From Tubiluchus corallicola (lineage: Eukaryota; Animalia; Priapulida): a DNA stretch of 64,000 bases. Of this stretch, positions 14,373 to 26,835 are shown piece by piece; position 1 is the first letter of the stretch, and the number at the start of each line of letters is the position of its first letter. The stretch is taken from assembly GCA_030141605.1 (NCBI GenBank), contig JAQGDQ010000934.1:15313-79312 (forward strand). The letters run 5' to 3'. The translations under genes were made by a program, and so were the position numbers. The notes beneath the pieces are model-generated. The model saw only the letters and a program-made list of their open reading frames with translations. It made no database searches and was not told the origin of the DNA.

Positions 14373-15225
14373 TAGCTTATATATTTGCTGCATTTTGCAC
14401 TAAATGCCACTTCCAGCTCTCTAAAATGTTTCAAGATTTTTTAACCACTGCTAGGCCCTTTCAACGATTTTACCATTCCAGATTTCTAGCCACTTTCATA
14501 ACCTAATATGCAGATTAATATAGAGCTTTATACTTCCACTTTCAATTACTTTTTTGAAAAAGCTCAAAGCAATGTAACAAGACTTAATCATGTTAAAAAG
14601 ATTATTAATCTCAGCCTCAAGATTCGAAATGAGTTTATTTTGCAGAACCATTCCTAGGAGAACACCATAAGAAAGTAGTACATCAACATGTGTTACTCGA
14701 CGTCAACAACCACGTCAGCAAATAAACAAACTAGTAAACATGTCAGTTACGCAATCACAGTAGCTTGAATAAATATATGAATATCTGTTTCCCATTAACT
14801 CCTCCTGGGGCACAAACCAGCCGTATAGACTGGCTTCCTAACAATTACCCATATCCACATGGATAGAATGAGTTGAATGCACTCTATATTTGTTGCTCTA
14901 CCGAGGGTAATAAACTCATTCACAAAACTAAAAAACACAACGGCACTTTAACAGCACCAGTTCCCAAATCACAATGTTTTAAACCCAATACGTGGAGGTA
15001 TTACGGACAAGTGGGACAATAAGAAGGATTATTCTCTAATCACAGCAAAACTGTCTACATGGAACGAAAGCAGACTGATTGCCATTTGAAAAAGAGGTTT
15101 AACGGATTTGAATCGTTCAGCAAGTGAATGAAAGCATTGGGAGACTTGTTTCTTACAACAGATTGCGGTTTGAATGATAAACAGGAAAACCGAATCCATG
15201 TGGAATGGCAAAAACTACAGCCATT

Positions 15226-15343
15226 CTACGGCCATATCACGTTGAAAACACCGGTTCTCGTCTAATCGCCGAAGTTAAGCAACATAGAGACTGGTTAGTA
15301 CTTGGATGGGTGACCGCCTAGGAATACCAGGTGCTGTAGGCTT
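15226..15343 (+). rRNA. 5S rRNA-derived sequence (SINE head, not a functional 5S gene)
   Basis: ctacggccatatcacgttgaaaacaccggttctcg...agttaagca...gttagtacttggatgggtgaccgcctaggaatacc...gctgtaggctt, with A box, IE and C box recognisable, several substitutions and no T-run terminator. Confidence 0.85.
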
Positions 15344-15771
15344 GCGGGATGACCACACTGTATTTCGACACTAGGCGGAGGAGCTGCACAAGCAGCCAAC
15401 AGCTAGAGGGAGGAGGAGGTCAAGTGACCAAACGTCCATGTGTAGAGGACTAAACCTTCCAAATCAGGAGTGGAGTCCCGAAGGCGGACCAGTGCAGCAT
15501 GCTCACTGACTCCGGCAGCTCCTGCAGCCAACCTGGTGCCAAACGTATCGCTCCGCTTTCCTTTGGACTACACCAGGGAGGAAGAGAGGAGGTTCCTGTT
15601 GTCTGGGCAACTCAGGATCTCCATACACCTTGCCCAGGCGTGTCCCCTGGAGACGTTCAAGGATCGGACTGCTCAGCCACAGTCGACGCTGCAGCTCCAT
15701 CAATGTGATCAATGACTGACTCTCTTGACGCACACTCCATTGTATTCCGAGACAGAAGGATGCCAACAACA
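15226..15771 (+). mobile_element. 5S rRNA-derived SINE (SINE3) with bipartite RTE-derived body; full-length copy with TSD
   Basis: Near-complete 5S sequence 15226-15343 with no oligo-T terminator. The body includes RIGLLSHSRRCSS, typical of the RTE ORF C-terminus, and the tail gagacagaaggatgcc(aac)n. TSD acagccattcta at 15217-15228 and 15772-15783. Confidence 0.85.
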
Positions 15772-16184
15772 ACAGCCATTCTAAATGTTCAGGGTGGTAA
15801 ACGTTCAGACAAACAAGATTGTCTTACAAAAACAGCGTAGGAGGCTACCATTTCAGGTAACTAGCACCTGAAACTGAAGCCTATTTTGGTATTGACCAGA
15901 GGTGTACACTGAACGCTGATGAAGATCACGGGATGAACGAACAATGAAACGCGTTAAGATAATGACATGGCGAATAGAAGTAATGACAATAAAAATGTTA
16001 GAAATGATGATATACGTAGTAACGACAAAGTTAATATAGACGATGATCACAATGAAGCTAAAAATGATCAAAACAGTGAGCTCAAAGAATATAACAAATG
16101 ATAATTCAGATGATTAAAGTGATGATAATGGAAATGTTGACAAAGTTGTAATATGTGGCAGTAAAATAATGACAGTAGTGATAG

Positions 16185-16818
16185 CAAAGAGAATAAGAGA
16201 GACACCGAGGATCCAGGAACGATCAGGTAGCTTTCTCCTTTGCCCCGCCCCCCCAAATGTGATCCCCCCCAAATGTGATCCAGGAACGACCAGGTAGCTT
16301 TCTCCTTTGCCCCGCCAAATGTGATCTCAAAGAGAATAAGAGAGACACCGAGGATCCAGAAACGACCAGGTAGCTTTCTCCTTTGCCCCTCCAACCCCCC
16401 AATGTGATCTCAAAGAGAATAAGAGAGACACCGAGGATCCAGAAACGACCAGGTAGCTTTCTCCTTTGCCCCTCCCCCCCCCAATGTGATCTCAAAGAGA
16501 ATAAGAGAGACACCGAGGATCCAGAAACGACCAGGTAGCTTTCTCCTTTGCCCCTCCAACCCCCCAATGTGATCTCAAAGAGAATAAGAGAGACACCGAG
16601 GATCCAGAAACGACCAGGTAGCTTTCTCCTTTGCCCCTCCCCCCCAAATGTGATCTCAAAGAGAATAAGAGAGACACCGAGGATCCAGAAACGACCAGGT
16701 AGCTTTCTCCTTTGCCCCTCCCCCCCAAATGTGATCTCAAAGAGAATAAGAGAGACACCGAGGATCCAGAAACGACCAGGTAGTTTTCTCGCCCCTCCCC
16801 CTGCAAGATCTCAAAGAG

Positions 16819-16828
<10 letters not shown>
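16185..16828. repeat. Minisatellite, about 82-bp unit, about 8 copies
   Basis: caaagagaataagagagacaccgaggatccagaaacgaccaggtagctttctcctttgcccct(c)n aatgtgatct. Confidence 0.95.
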
Positions 16829-16912
<84 letters not shown>

Positions 16913-17032
16913 AGAGAGAGAGAAAGTAAGAGAGAGAGAGAAAGAGGGAGAAAGAGAGAAAGCAAGAGAAAGAGAAAGCGAAGAAGAAGGAGCGAGGGAG
17001 AGAGAGAGCAAGAGAGAGAGGGGAGAGATAGG

Positions 17033-17072
<40 letters not shown>

Positions 17073-17103
17073 TAGGAGGGAGAGAGAGAGAGAGAGAAGA
17101 GGG

Positions 17104-17146
<43 letters not shown>
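16823..17146. repeat. (GA)n microsatellite
   Basis: Direct inspection. Confidence 0.95.
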
Positions 17147-17147
<1 letters not shown>

Positions 17148-17432
17148 AAACAGACTCTACAGCATTAGGTTTTTATTGGCACGTTCTTAATACTGACTCT
17201 TATCTAAATACATTACTACAAACCCCCATTTCCAGTGCTCTCGAGATTTTAGATATTTGACCCATGTTGCTCACACTTCTGATATACGTTGCTCTGTTTG
17301 TTAATTCATTACCTAACTAATCAAGCGTATCGTCAGGGGCATTTTCACAGACTTGTGAAGATAAAATTACTGTAACGTAGTGAAGTTAACGTAACTGTGA
17401 AATTTTATTGCTTGAGGAAATTGTTGTAATTA

Positions 17433-18480
17433 TTGTTGTATCCCTCCGCATGCCTCCTGTAGTAGCATGATTGTTGCTGACAATGTTGTGTCCCTCCGCA
17501 TGCTTCCTGAAGTAGCATGATTGTTGCTGACAATGTTGTATCCCTCCGCATGCTTCCTGAAGTAGCATGATTGCTGCTGACAATGTTGTGTCCCTCCGCA
17601 TGCCTCCTGAAGTAGCATGATTGTTGCTGACAATGTTGTGTCCCTCCGCATGCCTCCTGAAGTAGCATGATTGTTGCTGACAATGTTGTATCCCTCCGCA
17701 TGCCTCCTGTAGTAGCATGATTGTTGCTGACAATGTTGTGTCCCTCCGCATGCTTCCTGAAGTAGCATGATTGTTGCTGACAATGTTGTGTCCCTCCGCA
17801 TGCTTGCTGAAGTAGCATGATTGTTGCTGACAATGTTGTATCCCTCCGCATGCCTCCTGTCGTAGCATGATTGTTGCTGACAATGTTGTGTCCCTCCGCA
17901 TGCTTCCTGAAGTAGCAAGATTGTTGCTGACAATGTTGTATCCCTCCGCATGCTTCCTGCAGTAGCATGATTGTTGCTGACAATGTTGTGTCCCTCCGCA
18001 TGCCTCCTGGAGTAGCATGATTGTTGCTGACAATGTTGTGTGTCTCCGCATGCTTCCTGCAGTAGCAAGATTGTTGCTGACAATGTTGTGTCCCTCCGCA
18101 TGCCTCCTGTAGTAGCATGATTGTTGCTGACAATGTTGTGTCCCTCCGCATGCCTCCTGTAGTAGCATGATTGTTGCTGACAATGTTGTGTCCCTCCGCA
18201 TGCTTCCTGAAGTAGCATGATTGTTGCTGACAATGTTGTGTCCCTCCGCATGCTTGCTGAAGTAGCATGATTGCTGCTGACAATGTTGTATCCCTCCGCA
18301 TGCCTCCTGAAGTAGCTTGATTGCTGCTGACAATGTGTGTCCCTCCGCATGCTTCCTGAAGTAGCATGATTGCTGCTGACAACGTTGTGTCCCTCCGCAT
18401 GCTTCACAGTAGCATGATTGTTGCTGACAACGTTGTGTGCCTCCGCATGCCTCCTGAAGTAGCATGATTGTTGCTGACAA
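17433..18480. repeat. Same 50-bp minisatellite inverted, about 21 copies (right arm)
   Basis: Reverse complement of the 12425-13675 unit. Confidence 0.97.
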
Positions 18481-18483
18481 CAA

Positions 18484-19176
18484 CGTGGACAGCCAAGACA
18501 ACAACACGTGGACAGCCAAGAGAACACGTGGACAGCCAAGACAACAACACGTGGACAGCCAAGACAACAACACGTGGACAGCCAAGACAACAACACGTGG
18601 ACAGCCAAGACTACAACACGTGGACAGCCAAGGCAACAACACGTGGACAGCCAAGACAACAACACGTAAACAGCCAAGACAACAACACGTGAACAGCCAA
18701 GACAACAACACGTGGACAGCCAAGACAACAACACGTGGACAGCCAAGACAACAACACGTGGACAGCCAAGACAACAACACGTGGACAGCCAAGACAACAA
18801 CACGTGGACAGCCAAGAGAACAACACGTGGACAGCCAAGACAACAACACGTGGACAGCCAAGACAACAACACGTGGACAGCCAAGACAACAACACGTGGA
18901 CAGCCAAGACAACAACACGTGGACAGCCAAGACAACAACACGTGGACAGCCAAGACAACAACACGTGGACAGCCAAGACAACAACACGTGGACAGCCAAG
19001 ACAACAACACGTGGACAGCCAAGAGAACAACACGTGGACAGCCAAGACAACAACACGTGGACAGCCAAGACTACAACACGTGGACAGCCAAGAGAACAAC
19101 ACGTGGACAGCCAAGACAACAACACGTGGACAGCCAAGACAACAACACGTGGACAGCCAAGACAACAACACGTGGA
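18484..19176. repeat. Minisatellite, 23-bp unit, about 30 copies
   Basis: cacgtggacagccaagacaacaa. Confidence 0.97.
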
Positions 19177-19797
19177 CCCAAATGCTCAAAAGAAACTGCT
19201 CGTTACATAAAGATTTGAGGAAAATTTATCAAGTTCTGACTTCTCGTACCGACTTTTTGCACGACAAACATTTGGGATGAGAGCGAAACAACCCGTTCCT
19301 TCCCCGCATAGAATTCCTGGAAAATGAATGTAAGGAAATAAACTTCCACTTCCCTGAGCAAAAATACATCCAACAATCGATGATGGTAGCAAGGCATTCT
19401 TATTAGAATTTCTCTCCCACTCACAGGGATAAATAAAGAACGATTTTGCTCAAATTGGCGGTAAATAACTCGGATTTCGGCGTTAAAGAGTTAATAAGAA
19501 ATCCGACAGTCAGTCGCACCTCGTTTGTACGACTCTGTGACGGGTTTACATCTCAGTACATAATGATGCATTCTGCGTTTTCCAATTCAGATTATTACAC
19601 ATTTCAAAGACAGCTCGTACGCTTGACATTTTCAGACTCTGACGGCTGAAATTATAGATTATGAATTACATGGTGAATTGCAAACAGTTCGCAATGATGC
19701 GTCACGTGTTTCCGTACGCAGCAGCTCTCTGTGAGTGCACGATTATGGACTAGCAGTGTGAAATTTACACGAAAAACAAAATTAATGCTTGTTTTGA

Positions 19798-20149
19798 GCT
19801 ACGACTCCATGTGCGCGTGATGCGTGATGCGTGAAGCGTATACAACAGTTTAAATTTAAACACATGGAAGTGTTTCAATGTGTGCGTAATGCGTAATGCG
19901 TGATACGTGAAGCGTATACAACAGTTTAAATTTAAACACATGGACCTGTCTCAATGTGTATGTAATGCGTAATCCGTAATGCGTGATACGTGAAGCGTAT
20001 ACAACAGTTTAAATTTACACACATAGAAGTGTTTCAATGTGTGCGTAATGCGTAATCCGGAATGCGTGATACGTGTTCACTCGAAAGTGATGGCTATCGT
20101 CTGAATACGCATAACGCATTACGGATAACGCGCGCATGGAGTCGTAGAT
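19798..20149. mobile_element. MITE (PIF/Harbinger-like) with internal tandem repeats of about 70-76 bp
   Basis: TIR ctacgactccatgtgcgcgt / acgcgcgcatggagtcgtag (1 mismatch in 20). Confidence 0.65.
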
Positions 20150-20536
20150 TTAATGCCCGTTGTCAGCTAATAAGGCGTCCACACGGTCATTCAAAACACT
20201 GTCATTCTTGAGTTTCTCAGTGTTGACGGGCCGTGTGGACGGGGAGAATGATAACGACACTTTGAATCTCAATCAACCTGTTCTTGATATTCTCAGGGTG
20301 GGTCGTCATTCTTGGAATGAACAGCCAATCACAATGCGCGCTGGTGACTCAGCTAGATGAGCGGGGGTGCAAGCCAATCATAATGCGCGCTGGTGACTCA
20401 GCTAGATGAGCGGGTGTGCAAACGGCGCGCTCTCACTAAGACACCGAATTTTAATAAAAAGTGACTGTACAAGTTATATTTTGTAGTGCATGAGTGCAGA
20501 AATGTGGTGCTATTTCAGAAATGAAGAGAGGTGACA

Positions 20537-21302
20537 GAACAACTCATCTACATATAGAAACTGCTCAGAGTTAGTATTGCACCAACGGTCATCCATCCAT
20601 CCATCTGAACAACCCTTCTACATATAGAAACTTCTCAGAGTTAGTATTGCACCAACGGTCATCCATCCATCCATCTGAACAACCCTTCTACATATAGAAA
20701 CGTCTCGGAGTTAGTATTGCACCAACGGTCATCCATCCATCCATCCAACTGAACAACCCTTCTACATATAGAAACTTCTCAGAGTTAGTATTGCACCAAC
20801 GGTCATCCATCCATCCATCCATCCATCCATCCATCCATCCATCCGAACAACCCTTCTACATATAGAAACTTCTCAGAGTTAGTATTGCACCAACGGTCAT
20901 CCATCCATCCATCCATCCATCCATCCATCCATCCATCCATCCATCCATCCATCCATCCATCCGAACAACCCTTCTACATACAGAAACTTCTCAGAGTTAG
21001 TATTGCACCAATGGTCATCCATCCATCCATCCATCCATCCATCCATCTGAACAACCCATCTACATATAGAAACCTCTCAGAGTTAGTATTGCACCAACGG
21101 TCATTCATCCATCCATCCATCCATCCATCCATCCATCCATCCATCCATCCATCCATCCATCCATCCATCCATCCATCCATCCATCCATCCATCCATCCAT
21201 CCATCCATCCATCCATCCATCCATCCATCCATCCGAACAATCCTTCTACATACAGAAACTTCTCAGAGTTAGTATTGCACCAATGGTCATCCATCCATCC
21301 AT
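20537..21302. repeat. Compound repeat: constant block of about 55 bp plus a variable (TCCA)n tract
   Basis: gaacaacccttctacatatagaaacttctcagagttagtattgcaccaacggtca(tcca)n, about 8 units. Confidence 0.95.
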
Positions 21303-23026
21303 GCCCCTTCATAAAGTCCTGAATCCCAGCTTGCAAAGCGCTGAACTTACGGATAATCAACTTATATGTAGAAGAATGTTTATATGAACCATAAAAAGAC
21401 CCCAGCAAAATTTCACAAAAGCGGAATTACATTTCACACAAATATTTCTCTAATCGGATGATGAACAAAGTTTGAACTTAGTTTGTATGGCGTAATAATT
21501 TCCTACATCACTATGGTGACAGCAGCAGCATCAGCATCAGCAGCAGCTTGATTATCCTGACTGATGGATGCTGCAATGATTAGTGAACGCTCGAGGAATT
21601 TCATTACATCAGTGATTTCGTTATTAACTTGATGAAAGTCCAGCAAATCATGTCAACGATTAGATTTTCTGGTTCGCGTGTGTTTGGTATGCTATCGTGG
21701 TCATTGCACTAACAGAGAAACATGTGTCAGATACTGTCCTTGAACTACAAAACACATATATGGTCAATTTCTGCATGCATCTTACAGCTAGCAGTTGGTA
21801 ACTGGCCGCTCCTATGCAAAAGTATATAAAAACTGTCTGCAATTGACTCAAATAACTCCGCACAATTGATTCTATATTTTTATACATAGAGATATACACG
21901 TGGTTACACTGATGTACGTGATGTAAACAAAGTGACCTGCCAACTAGCGGTCAGCTTGTGAAATAATGTACTGGGTCCGTAAAAATTTTCTCAACGAATT
22001 TTTGCGATTTACAAAAATGGCACTACTGGTCTTCAAAAACTCGGAATTCCGCGTGTCCGCGGAATATTCTCATCCCTGCATTATATAATTAATGCAAAGT
22101 TCAAAGACATGACTCATACATACAAAGGCATGACAATTCGACAAGTGGGCCAGTTCATTACTAGGGCCATTTGGAAATGTCTAATAAGTCTATCAAAAGA
22201 GTTAAAACTGCAAAAAGGTCCGTATATTAGTCACTCTAACGGCTGCACTCACTTGCACAGTATACATACATAAGACATGACGTCATATTAGAAATGAGAC
22301 GTGACAGAGATGAGTTGATTATTCACTGATCACACTCCTCACGAGAACTGAAACTAGACCAGATGAAGCTGCATCGAATTTACGGAATTTATGAAGAAAA
22401 GCAGAACGTGCTATGTGTGTAACAAACTACTTACTTCAACCTCATGCTTTGCAAATACCAGTGAAATAAGAACAGCCGATTGGATTCATAGCAATAGTAA
22501 GGGTTATTAAAAAGAGCCCAAAAATAACAGGAGGCTAAAAAGGAGAGGAAGGAGAAAACACACAAAAAGAGAAGTTGGGTATCATTATATACTTGTTAAA
22601 CAGAAAAGGTGGTAATGAAATGATTAAAATTACTCAGTTAAATCACTTCGTTAAACTATAAATTTCTAATCCCCACTCATTTGAATCACCAGCATTGTAT
22701 AATTAGCTTTTTAATAATTACACAGGACTGTGTAGCCCTTCCCAACAAATACGAGGGAAAATTGTTTTAAGAAAACAGCTGGACTTCTCTTTTTTCTTCG
22801 TGACTGTCAAAGTCTTGGTAAGTTGTTGAATGAGAATTTGACAAGTTATGTAATTTTTGTCTCACATAAATTCAATCTAAGAAGGCAGTGGTTTTTGTTA
22901 TTACATTCGAAGGTGTTTTGTGTTGCTAAAGATCAAGCATGTTAGTTTGTGATAAAATATTGTCTGGCAATTTAGATGAAGCGTGCACGCAGTAAGAGAT
23001 TGCTAGCTTACGTATAACAATACTTC

Positions 23027-23943
23027 TTCTGGGAAGGTATCACCAACCCTTGGTTAAAGCAGTTTATCAAGTCGTGGTACATAACTTTTTCTGGGAAGGT
23101 ATCACCAACCCTTGGTTAAAGCAGTTTATCAAGTCCTGGTACATAACTTTTTCTGGGAAGGTATCACCAACCCTTGGTTAAAGAAGTTTATCAAGTCGTG
23201 GTACATAACTTTTTCTGGGAAAGTATCACCAATCCTTGGTTAAAGAAGTTTATCAAGTCGTGGTACATAACTTTTTCTGGGAAAGTATCACCAATCCTTG
23301 GTTAAAGAAGTTTATCAAGTCGTGGTACATAACTTTTTCTGGGAAAGTATCACCAATCCTTGGTTAAAGAAGTTTATCAAGTCGTGGTACATAACTTTTT
23401 CTGGGAAGGTATCACCAACCCTTAGTTAAAGCAGTTTATCAAGTCGTGGTACATAACTTTTTCTGGGAAAGTATCACCAATCCTTGGTTAAAGAAGTTTA
23501 TCAAGTCGTGGTACATAACTTTTTCTGGGAAGGTATCACCAACCCTTAGTTAAAGCAGTTTATCAAGTCGTGGTACATAACTTTTTCTGGGAAAGTATCA
23601 CCAATCCTTGGTTAAAGAAGTTTATCAAGTCGTGGTACATAACTTTTTCTGGGAAGGTATCACCAACCCTTGGTTAAAGCAGTTTATCAAGTCCTGGTAC
23701 ATAACTTTTTCTGGGAAGTGATCACCAACTCTTGGTTAAAGCAGTTTATCAAGTCGTGGTACATAACTTTTTCTGGGAAGTGATCACCAACCCTTGGTTA
23801 AAGCAGTTTATCAAGTCCTGGTACATAACTGTTTCTGGGGAAGGTATCACCAACCCTTGCTTAAAGCAGTTTACCAAGTCGTGGTACATAACTTTTTCTG
23901 GGAAGGTATCACCAACCCTTGGTTAAAGCAGTTTATCAAGTCC
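23027..23943. repeat. Minisatellite, 62-bp unit, about 15 copies
   Basis: ttctgggaaggtatcaccaacccttggttaaagcagtttatcaagtcgtggtacataacttt. Confidence 0.97.
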
Positions 23944-24144
23944 TTTCTGCCGTCCGTGGTCTTGCCCTGCACATTCTTAGGTGGAGGACAACTGCTTATA
24001 AGTCCAGTTTCTCTTTGAATCCTGTGAAATCACCTACCAAACAACTTCAACAGTGAGACAAAATGGCTTCCGAATTAAAGAAAAATATCAGTAGACACTT
24101 TCTGTTACTAGTGTTCAACCTGGCTATGCGTATTCTATTTCTCT

Positions 24145-24538
24145 GGGTTGTTGGCATCCTTCTGTCTCGGAAGACAATGGAGTGTGCGCCAAGAGAGTCA
24201 GTCATTGATCACATTGATGGAGCTGCAGCGTCGACTGTGGCTAAGCAGTCCTATCCTTGAACGTCTCCAGGGCGCACGCCTGGGCAAGGTGTATGGAGAT
24301 CTTGAGTTGCCCAGACAACAGGAACCCCCTCTCTTCCTCCCTGGTGTAGTCCAAAGGAAAGCGGAGCGATACGTTTGGCACCAGGTTGGCTGCAGGAGCT
24401 GCCGGAGTCAGTGAGCATGTTGCACTGGTCCACCTTCGGGGCTCCACTCCTGATTTGGAAGGTTTACTCCTGTACACATGGCCTTGGGCACTCGACCTCC
24501 TCCCGTTGGCTGCTTGTGCAGCTCCTCCGCCTAGTGTC
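24145..24538 (-). mobile_element. 5'-truncated copy of the 5S/RTE SINE body
   Basis: Reverse complement of about 15367-15770. Near-perfect TSD tctatttctct (24134-24144) / tctatctctct (24537-24547). Confidence 0.85.
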
Positions 24539-25124
24539 TATCTCTCTAAACTTGTTGAATTCACGTTTTTGTCTTTCTACTGTAGCGCTTGACGTTGAGT
24601 GGTCATTCGTCTTGCTTAGCGTGATTTGTATAACAAGGTGGTTTCCAGGAACTGCACATCATAACCGTTTTTCAGCCCAGCTGCGTGCGTGTTCATTCAT
24701 CCTAATAGAGGAGTTGTGGACACTTCAGGGAAATCGTTGTTTAATCGACACCATAGATCACGCACACTCTAGTAAATCCGCGTGGCTTCCTGTCACTGGC
24801 GCACCCTGCAGGAAAAGAAATATAGGCGGAAGTAGCAATTAGTGCAGGATGCAACGAATGCATGAGCTGCGAGAGTGAAGAAGAGGTGGTAGAGGGGGCA
24901 GAAAGGGGGAGAAAGACGGTTGGAGAGAGAAAGCGGGAAAGAGAGAAGAAAATAAATGAACAGACGGAAAGTGGAAACGGTACTGAGAAAAAATAAAAAA
25001 ATCAGTCAATTCGCGCTGCATTCTATTAAAAGAAAAACCGGATGATTGTGTAAACATTAGTACATAATAAGGAATACTCTAAAATATTGAAAACTACAAT
25101 AACGTTTTTTAAATCAAAGCTTAG

Positions 25125-25761
25125 ATTAAATAATAATTACCTCAGATACTCAAATTTCGTTAAACTTTCAAAGTTACGCGCGGCTCAATGAATCTACTAA
25201 GATTGGCAGCGGCGCCTCTTTGTCACATTCGCATGGCCGATAAATAGAAGGCGGTACCGTGATAACCATGATCATGAACTGCAGTGTTAGTTTCTGACGT
25301 CATATGACGTAGATCCCATTTACCTGACGTCACGTGTTTAAGCAGTAATACTTACGCAAACGTGCTTGATGCGCAAGGGAAGCCATTGCACAAACTATGG
25401 TTAGTTTCTGACGTAAGCAAGCAATAGCTGTGTTCGGTTGCTGTTAATTAACTTTCTAAGATAATTATTCAAATATAAGGAACAATTGCTAACTTTTATA
25501 GGCAAGAAAATGTATATTTTGGACACTAAATTAAAATGAGATTGAGTCTAAACAATAATCCAGTTTTCCTTTAATGTTTCCTTTAATGTTCACAATTACT
25601 GATGCATCACAAACGCTCAACGCTCGCTCATGTAATATAGACTCCCTCGTCACCCACTCCTGTAATTTACTTGGAACGAGCACTGCTACAATTACGCCAA
25701 CATTTGCAAAGAGTTTGAAATTATAATTCTGCAAGCGGGAGGGAATTTATCCAGAAATTTA
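25125..25761. mobile_element. Dispersed repeat family C, copy 2
   Basis: Collinear match to 3019-3657. Confidence 0.7.
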
Positions 25762-26835
25762 TCGAGAGAGTCATAAGTCATAAGTCATAAGTCATTTATT
25801 TCACCATACACATATACAATATCTAGTGAAAGGGCCTACAATGGATATAATACAAATAAGAAATACTGCACAGGAAAAGCCTCAAACACTGTTCACTTAT
25901 ACACGAAGGTAAATGTGTTGCGGACAATCAAAAAGCAGGGCTTGTTAGATTGTCCCACACAGTGATAGAAAAAAAATATGGAGATAATCTGAAAATTTAA
26001 AGTGAATCGTGATTAAAAAAAAAACATTAGTGCTTAAAATGGAATGGCGTAATGAATGAAGCTCATATATGGGATGATATGAAAGATAGAAAGACTATTA
26101 TTTGTTAATAGTATGTAAAATTAAGATAACTTGATTAAGCTAACACCACTGTTTTGCAACTACTGTGAGGATGGATACTGATAGAAATTTTGATTACTCA
26201 CTGATACTTACTTAAAATTAGATTTTTTAGCATTTTTTTAAATCTAGTAATAGATCTGCTATTTTTTGTACTAAAACTCAGTTTAATTAGTTAGCTTAAT
26301 CAAGTTATTTTAATTTTACATACTATTAACAAATAAGGCAAGACTGTGAGGAATGTTGAATGTTGAATGTTGAATGTTGAATTGTTGAGTCTAAACAATC
26401 GCCTGCTTTTCTTTAAACACAGTGGAGTGGATTTAACATATCATATTGCCATCGTCTTTTCCTATTCATCGTTTTACTCTTATACCCTCTTGCGTGGCTT
26501 GTCGCCATGTTCCCTGCATTTCCTAAGGAAATATTGCAAGAATTCATAATGGCTTCGCGCGTGTATTCCATGGAGATGTGAGTCTGTGCAATGAAGCCAC
26601 TAATGTAGCCATCACTGCGTCGTTAATAATAACCTTTGTCCAGCAACACTAAGGAGCGGTCAATTCCTTGCTTGTGAATAGAGGCGGTTATATTAGTGAG
26701 AACAAAACGAGGCGCCATGCCTCTAATTGTTGTGCATAGGAAAGAGGAGAAAGTTTCCTGTTGGTTACGAATGGATGATTGAAGAGTTTTGTAAGCCACG
26801 TGTACTGCCAGATCATACTCAGCAAGTAAGTCGCA

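Noticed and set aside
15226-15343. Functional 5S rRNA gene
   Set aside because: It is solitary, lacks the first bases and a T-run terminator, and lies within a TSD together with the RTE body.
12380-19280. Long ORFs of 250-583 aa in several frames
   Set aside because: They are produced by stop-free 50-bp and 23-bp units; all three frames give the same permuted peptide.
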